Source: an uncultured Acidobacteriota bacterium (GTDB taxonomy: Bacteria > Acidobacteriota > JAQAZP01). From it: a stretch of 64,000 bases of DNA. The translations under genes and the position numbers were made by a program. The DNA lies in NCBI GenBank assembly GCA_963836075.1, contig CAWIIB010000009.1, forward strand, positions 544,001-608,000, written 5' to 3'. Of this stretch, positions 59,519 to 64,000 are shown piece after piece. The first letter of the stretch is position 1; the number at the start of each line of letters is the position of its first letter. The notes under the pieces are model-generated. The model had not been told where the DNA came from and made no database searches. It saw only the letters and a list, made by a program, of their open reading frames with translations.

Positions 59519-59871
59519 TTCTTGTTGATACTTCCGTCTGGATCAATCACCTGCGCAAGGCTGATGAGGAACTCTCCAAGTTCCTCGATCAGGGTGTGGT
59601 TCTGTGCCATCCTTTCGTGATTGGCGAATTGGCATGCGGCAACATGAAGAACCGAGATGAGATTCTCGAATTGTTAGCCGCACTTCCTGGAGCCGATGTA
59701 GCCAGCCATGAAGAAGCAATGCATCTTGTCACCGGTCGCCAGTTATGGGGCAAAGGTATCGGCTGGATTGATGTCCATCTACTGGCCTCAGCACTTCTGT
59801 CAAACTGCACACTTTGGACGAAAGATAAAGCTCTGCAATCCATTTCTCGCTCGCTCAATATCGGGGCGTGA
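59515..59871 (+). CDS. vapC: VapC/PIN toxin
   Basis: MILVDTSVWINHLR...HPFVIGELACG...GIGWIDVHLLASA...LWTKDK. Confidence 0.93.
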   Translation: MILVDTSVWINHLRKADEELSKFLDQGVVLCHPFVIGELACGNMKNRDEILELLAALPGADVASHEEAMHLVTGRQLWGKGIGWIDVHLLASALLSNCTLWTKDKALQSISRSLNIGA

Positions 59872-59880
59872 GAAAGGGTG

Positions 59881-59922
59881 AGCTGACGTGGCACCAGCCC
59901 GCAGGTGATGGGAACTTCGTGC
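59881..59922 (+). repeat. Internally deleted, dead family A attC
   Basis: AGCTGAC joined to ...CGCAGGTGATGGG-AA-CTTCGTG. Confidence 0.65.
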
Positions 59923-59927
59923 TGTGA

Positions 59928-60776
59928 GTGAAGAGTATGGACATGTTTGAACAACTCGAAGAGATCAACAAACGACCTGAACCGTTTGCGTGCTATACGG
60001 CGGCAGAATTGTGGACCGACACTCATACCTCGGAGCAGATGCTCGCCTGCCATCTCGATGCCGATATCGATCTGTCATCTCGTCGAGTTGAATTCATAGA
60101 CCGATCAGTGGCATGGATCGGCTCACATTTCAATGTCAGAGCTGGTACCCGGATTGCCGATTTCGGCTGCGGCCCCGGACTTTACGCCAACCGTCTGGCC
60201 AAGCTCGGTGCAAGCGTGACGGGCATTGATTTCTCCAAACGCTCGCTCAGGCACGCACGCACAGTTGCTGCAGAGGAGGGGTTGGCGGCCGAATACGTTA
60301 ACCAGAATTACCTGGAATTCGAAACCGAAGAGCGGTTCGACATTATCCTGATGATCATGTGCGACTTCTGTGCCCTCAGCCCTGAGCAGCGCATGACCAT
60401 GCTGGGGAAGTTCCAGACCCTCCTGGCGTCAGGGGGATCGGTCCTGCTCGACGTCTACTCCCGGAGTGCATTCGAACAACGTGAGGAGGCGGCCTCCTGC
60501 GAGGAGAACCTGCTCAGTGGATTCTGGTCACCCGAGAAGTACTACGGTTTCCTGAACACCTTCAAGTATGACGATATCGGCGTGGTCCTGGACAAGTACA
60601 CCATCGTCGAGGCCAGGCGTACACGGACAATCTACAACTGGCTCCAGTACTTCTCCCCGGGAGCCCTGCAGAGCGAGTTCGAGAAAGCGGGATTCACCCG
60701 CCAGGAGTTCTACGGCAATGTGGCAGGGGCACCGTTTGCTGAGTCTGCATCAGAGTTTGCCATCGTGGGGAAGTAG
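59928..60776 (+). CDS. Class I SAM-dependent methyltransferase (probable last, immobilised cassette)
   Basis: IADFGCGPG, VTGIDFS; no attC downstream. Confidence 0.9.
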   Translation: MKSMDMFEQLEEINKRPEPFACYTAAELWTDTHTSEQMLACHLDADIDLSSRRVEFIDRSVAWIGSHFNVRAGTRIADFGCGPGLYANRLAKLGASVTGIDFSKRSLRHARTVAAEEGLAAEYVNQNYLEFETEERFDIILMIMCDFCALSPEQRMTMLGKFQTLLASGGSVLLDVYSRSAFEQREEAASCEENLLSGFWSPEKYYGFLNTFKYDDIGVVLDKYTIVEARRTRTIYNWLQYFSPGALQSEFEKAGFTRQEFYGNVAGAPFAESASEFAIVGK

Positions 60777-60816
60777 GGACCTTTTCCATCTCTTGCGGTG
60801 AGATATGCGGGATAGA

Positions 60817-63504
60817 ATGGAACAAATGATCGGCCAGAGCCTTGCCCACTACAAGATCATCGCTGCCCTCGGGGCCGGCGGAATGGGTGAGGTGTACCGT
60901 GCCACAGATACGACGCTGAACCGTGACGTCGCCATCAAGGTACTCCCGGCGGAAGTGGCGCAAGACTCCCAGCGACTGGCCCGCTTACGCCGCGAGGCAC
61001 AGCTTCTCGCTGCCCTGAACCACCCGAACATCGCGGCGATCTACGGACTGGAGGAGGCGAAGGGGAAGTCCTTCCTGGCTCTTGAGCTGGTCGAGGGCGA
61101 GGACCTCAAGGAGCGCCTCGAGCGGGGTGCGGTTCCCGTCGACGAAGCGCTGGAGATTGCGGAGCAGATCGCGGAGGCCCTCGAGGAGGCGCACAACAAG
61201 GGGATCGTCCACCGCGACCTCAAGCCCGCCAACGTCAAGATCACCCCTGATGGCAAGGCGAAAGTCCTCGACTTCGGTCTCGCCAAGGCCTGGGCCGGCG
61301 ACGACGTCGGTGGGACGTCGGCGGCGGCCCAGTCGGAGTCACTGACTCTGACGCACGCCGGCACGGTGCCCGGCAGGATCATGGGCACGGCAGCGTACAT
61401 GTCACCCGAGCAGGCGCGGGGCAAGCCGGTGGACAAGCGGGCAGACGTCTGGTCCTTCGGCGTGGTGCTGTGGGAGATGCTGACTGGCCAGGCGCTCTTC
61501 CGGGGCGATACGGTGGCCGACGTCATCGCGGCAGTCGTGACGATGGAGCCGGACCTCGACGCGGTGCCGTCCACCACGCCGCCGGCGGTGCGCCGCCTGC
61601 TCGCGCTCTGTCTCCGCAAGGACCCGCGCACTCGACTGCCCGATATCGGTGCCGCCCGCCTGGAATTACAGGAACTGCTTGCGGGCTCCACATTGGAACC
61701 CGGGGCCGCCGGGACAGACCACGATTCCTCCGGCGCCACGAAGGTTCGGCGCCTCGTGCGGCAGAGATGGGCCTGGGCGGCGGCGCTCCTTGTGACCGCC
61801 GGACTGGCCGGTTTCTTAACTGTGGCCCTGCTCACGCAAACCCCGGAAGCGCAGCCCGCCGTGCACTTCATCTTCGACCCACCCGAGAACGTAACCCTCT
61901 CCGACTTCAATCCCCTTGCCGTGTCGCCCGAGGGCAGCACCATCGTATTCGCCGGCTGGCCTCCCGTTGGTGCGAAGCAACTCTGGACGCGCACCCTGGA
62001 CGTGCCGGAGGTCCAGGCGCTTCCCGGGACGGAAGGCGCAGGTCAGCCCTTCTGGTCTCCCGACGGTTCGTCGATCGCGTTCTTTGCCGAGGGCGAACTG
62101 AGGAAGCTGAGCCTGGCGAGCGGGAAGGTCCAGAAAATCTGCTTACTTCCTCCCGGTTGCCCCGGCCCCGCGGGTACCTGGAGCAATGAGGGCACCATTA
62201 TTTTCTCGACAGGAACGGTAAAAGGGCTGTTCCGGGTCCCAGCAGCGGGAGGGGAACCCAGGCCCCTGACAACGCCCGACGAGCAAACACACCACTGGTG
62301 GCCGCAATTCCTGCCCGACGGGCGCCGCTTCATCTTCGAAATCTACAGCCTGCAGGCGGGGAAGAAGGGTGTCTACGTGTCCTCTCTTGATGCGCCCGAC
62401 CAGTGGCGCCTTCTTCTGCCCGTACCTATGCGCACCCGGTACGGCTCGGGGCAGCTGCTCTACGTGCAGGATGGCAGCACCCTCCTGGCGCGGCCCTTCG
62501 ACATCGCACGAGCAGAACTCGCGGGTGATCCGGTGGCGGTGGCATCGCCCGTGGCCTCGGGCAGGGTTCCCCGCTGGGGGTGGTTCTCGGTCTCGGCCGG
62601 AGGCGTCCTGACCTATCTCGAGGGAACCACCAATACCCAGCTCGTGTGGCTCGACCGAGCGGGGAAGCGGCTCGGGACGCTCGGGGCCCCCGGGCGCTAC
62701 GAAGGCCCGATCATCCTCTCGCCGGACGACAGCCGCGTTGCGGTGGAGATCATCGCCGGAGACGGGTTGTGGGACATCTGGGTGGTCGACGTGGCCCGCG
62801 GGTTGGCCAGCCGCGTGACCACCGGCCCCCCGCAGTCGACGGACCCGGTCTGGTCCCCGGACAGCCGGGAGCTCATTTTCGAGAGAGGTTCCGGCGGCGG
62901 TGATCTCTATCGCAAGGATCTGCGGATCGGCGCCAATGCGTCGCCGCTGCTGGAGACCTCCCAGGGCGAGATCCCGGAGGACTGGTCGCGCGACGGGAAG
63001 ATCCTGCTCTACCGCACAACCGGGGAGGAGAGCGCCCTGTGGGCGCTGCCCCTGGACGGGGACGGCTCACCCGAGCTGGTGATCAAAACCGGATTCTCGT
63101 TGCGCCAGGCGCAGATGTCTCCCGACGGGCGGTGGCTGGCCTACATGTCCAACGAGTCTGGACAATTCGAGGTCTACGTCGAGCCGTTCCGTCGACCGGG
63201 CGAGCGGGTGCGCGTCTCCCCCGACGGCGGCAGTCAGCCCAGGTGGCGTGGCGACGGGAAGGAGCTCTTCTACCTGTCTCCCGACGGGCCGCTGATGGCT
63301 GTGGATGTCCGGGAGGGAGCTTCGGGACCCGATGTGGGGATGCCTGCAGTGCTCATTCCCGCCGATAAGGCCGGAGCGCGGCTGTGGGGAAGCGACGACT
63401 ACGCGGTCACCGCGGACGGCCAGCGCTTCCTGGTGAAGACGCGCGTCGAAGAGGAGGACCGGCGGATCCACGTTTTCCTCAACTGGACCTCGCTGCTGGA
63501 GTGA
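60817..63504 (+). CDS. Hanks-type Ser/Thr kinase with TM and PD40/TolB-like beta-propeller
   Basis: GAGGMGEVY, VAIK, HRDLKPAN, DFG, GTAAYMSPEQ; WSPDG repeats. Confidence 0.93.
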   Translation: MEQMIGQSLAHYKIIAALGAGGMGEVYRATDTTLNRDVAIKVLPAEVAQDSQRLARLRREAQLLAALNHPNIAAIYGLEEAKGKSFLALELVEGEDLKERLERGAVPVDEALEIAEQIAEALEEAHNKGIVHRDLKPANVKITPDGKAKVLDFGLAKAWAGDDVGGTSAAAQSESLTLTHAGTVPGRIMGTAAYMSPEQARGKPVDKRADVWSFGVVLWEMLTGQALFRGDTVADVIAAVVTMEPDLDAVPSTTPPAVRRLLALCLRKDPRTRLPDIGAARLELQELLAGSTLEPGAAGTDHDSSGATKVRRLVRQRWAWAAALLVTAGLAGFLTVALLTQTPEAQPAVHFIFDPPENVTLSDFNPLAVSPEGSTIVFAGWPPVGAKQLWTRTLDVPEVQALPGTEGAGQPFWSPDGSSIAFFAEGELRKLSLASGKVQKICLLPPGCPGPAGTWSNEGTIIFSTGTVKGLFRVPAAGGEPRPLTTPDEQTHHWWPQFLPDGRRFIFEIYSLQAGKKGVYVSSLDAPDQWRLLLPVPMRTRYGSGQLLYVQDGSTLLARPFDIARAELAGDPVAVASPVASGRVPRWGWFSVSAGGVLTYLEGTTNTQLVWLDRAGKRLGTLGAPGRYEGPIILSPDDSRVAVEIIAGDGLWDIWVVDVARGLASRVTTGPPQSTDPVWSPDSRELIFERGSGGGDLYRKDLRIGANASPLLETSQGEIPEDWSRDGKILLYRTTGEESALWALPLDGDGSPELVIKTGFSLRQAQMSPDGRWLAYMSNESGQFEVYVEPFRRPGERVRVSPDGGSQPRWRGDGKELFYLSPDGPLMAVDVREGASGPDVGMPAVLIPADKAGARLWGSDDYAVTADGQRFLVKTRVEEEDRRIHVFLNWTSLLE

Positions 63505-63619
63505 CGCGTCAGAGCGCGCGGCCAGGAGAACGATTCTCGCCCGTCCGAAGCCGTCCGGCGACCGAAGAAAAGATCAAGCGATGCAAGCCCCGGCCCCAGA
63601 AGTGATATGATCTTCGGCC

Positions 63620-64000
63620 ATGAGCACTGAGACTCCAGCGAAGAAGAATCCCGGCCTGCTCCGGGACCTGCTGACCCTGATGAAGGCCCGGATCACCGTG
63701 GCCACCACCGTGACCACCGGCGCGGGCTATATCCTCGCTGCTGGTGAGATGCGCGGGGAGATCATCTTCCCTCTGCTGGGCACTTTCCTGCTCGCCTCCG
63801 GCTCGTCGGCGCTGAACCAGTGCCAGGAGGTGGAGATCGACGCGCGGATGCCGCGCACCCGCAACCGCCCGCTGCCCGCAGGACGGATCAGCCTCTCCGC
63901 GGCGCTCTTCTTCTCCATCCTGCTGATCCTCTTCGGGCTCTATTTCCTCGCCTCGGTGGAACGAAACACCCTGCTGCTGCTCGGGCTGGGAGCGTTTGCC
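63620..64000 (+). CDS. ctaB: Protoheme IX farnesyltransferase (heme o synthase), 3' truncated; not in ORF track
   Basis: LMKARIT...ALNQCQEVEIDARMPRTRNRPLPAGRIS. Confidence 0.9.
   Translation, partial: MSTETPAKKNPGLLRDLLTLMKARITVATTVTTGAGYILAAGEMRGEIIFPLLGTFLLASGSSALNQCQEVEIDARMPRTRNRPLPAGRISLSAALFFSILLILFGLYFLASVERNTLLLLGLGAFA

Larger units (their letters stand above)
28413..60776. mobile_element. Chromosomal integron: intI, attI and about 40 gene cassettes
   Basis: Divergent intI; co-oriented AT-richer ORFs each followed by an attC; the 5' GTT core of most cassettes is complementary to the R'' of its own attC. Confidence 0.95.

Noticed and set aside
60805-63504. Ser/Thr kinase as an integron cassette
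   Set aside because: No attC or core site on either side, and GC-rich host-like codon usage.

Overview
GC-rich bacterial chromosome segment, probably Acidobacteriota-like (inferred from the Ser/Thr kinase-PD40 gene and codon style), in two halves. 1-28.2 kb is a redox/oxygen-response block. It holds an hcp-ferredoxin-membrane FeS-Rrf2 operon, a divergent sigma54-type operon (three ferritin/rubrerythrin-like genes, a DVU0298-like gene, pdhABC-lpdA, lipoate ligase), then alternative complex III (actABCDEF), SCO and an A2-type cytochrome c oxidase. 28.4-60.8 kb is a large chromosomal integron: an N-terminally extended IntI, attI at about 30092 and about 40 cassettes. Most cassettes carry one of two attC families. 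The array includes 10 type II toxin-antitoxin cassettes and one IS30, and with a kinase gene it separates coxII from ctaB. Most notable: (i) the first cassette is an IS91-like HUH (Y2) transposase bounded by matching GTTGAAC/GTTCAAC core sites; (ii) a small RiPP-precursor-like peptide cassette (43144-43407) has an unannotated truncated homolog at 57826-57939; (iii) the toxin-first TA cassettes look leaderless. Several single-base insertions look like sequencing errors. All calls were made by eye, without database searches.
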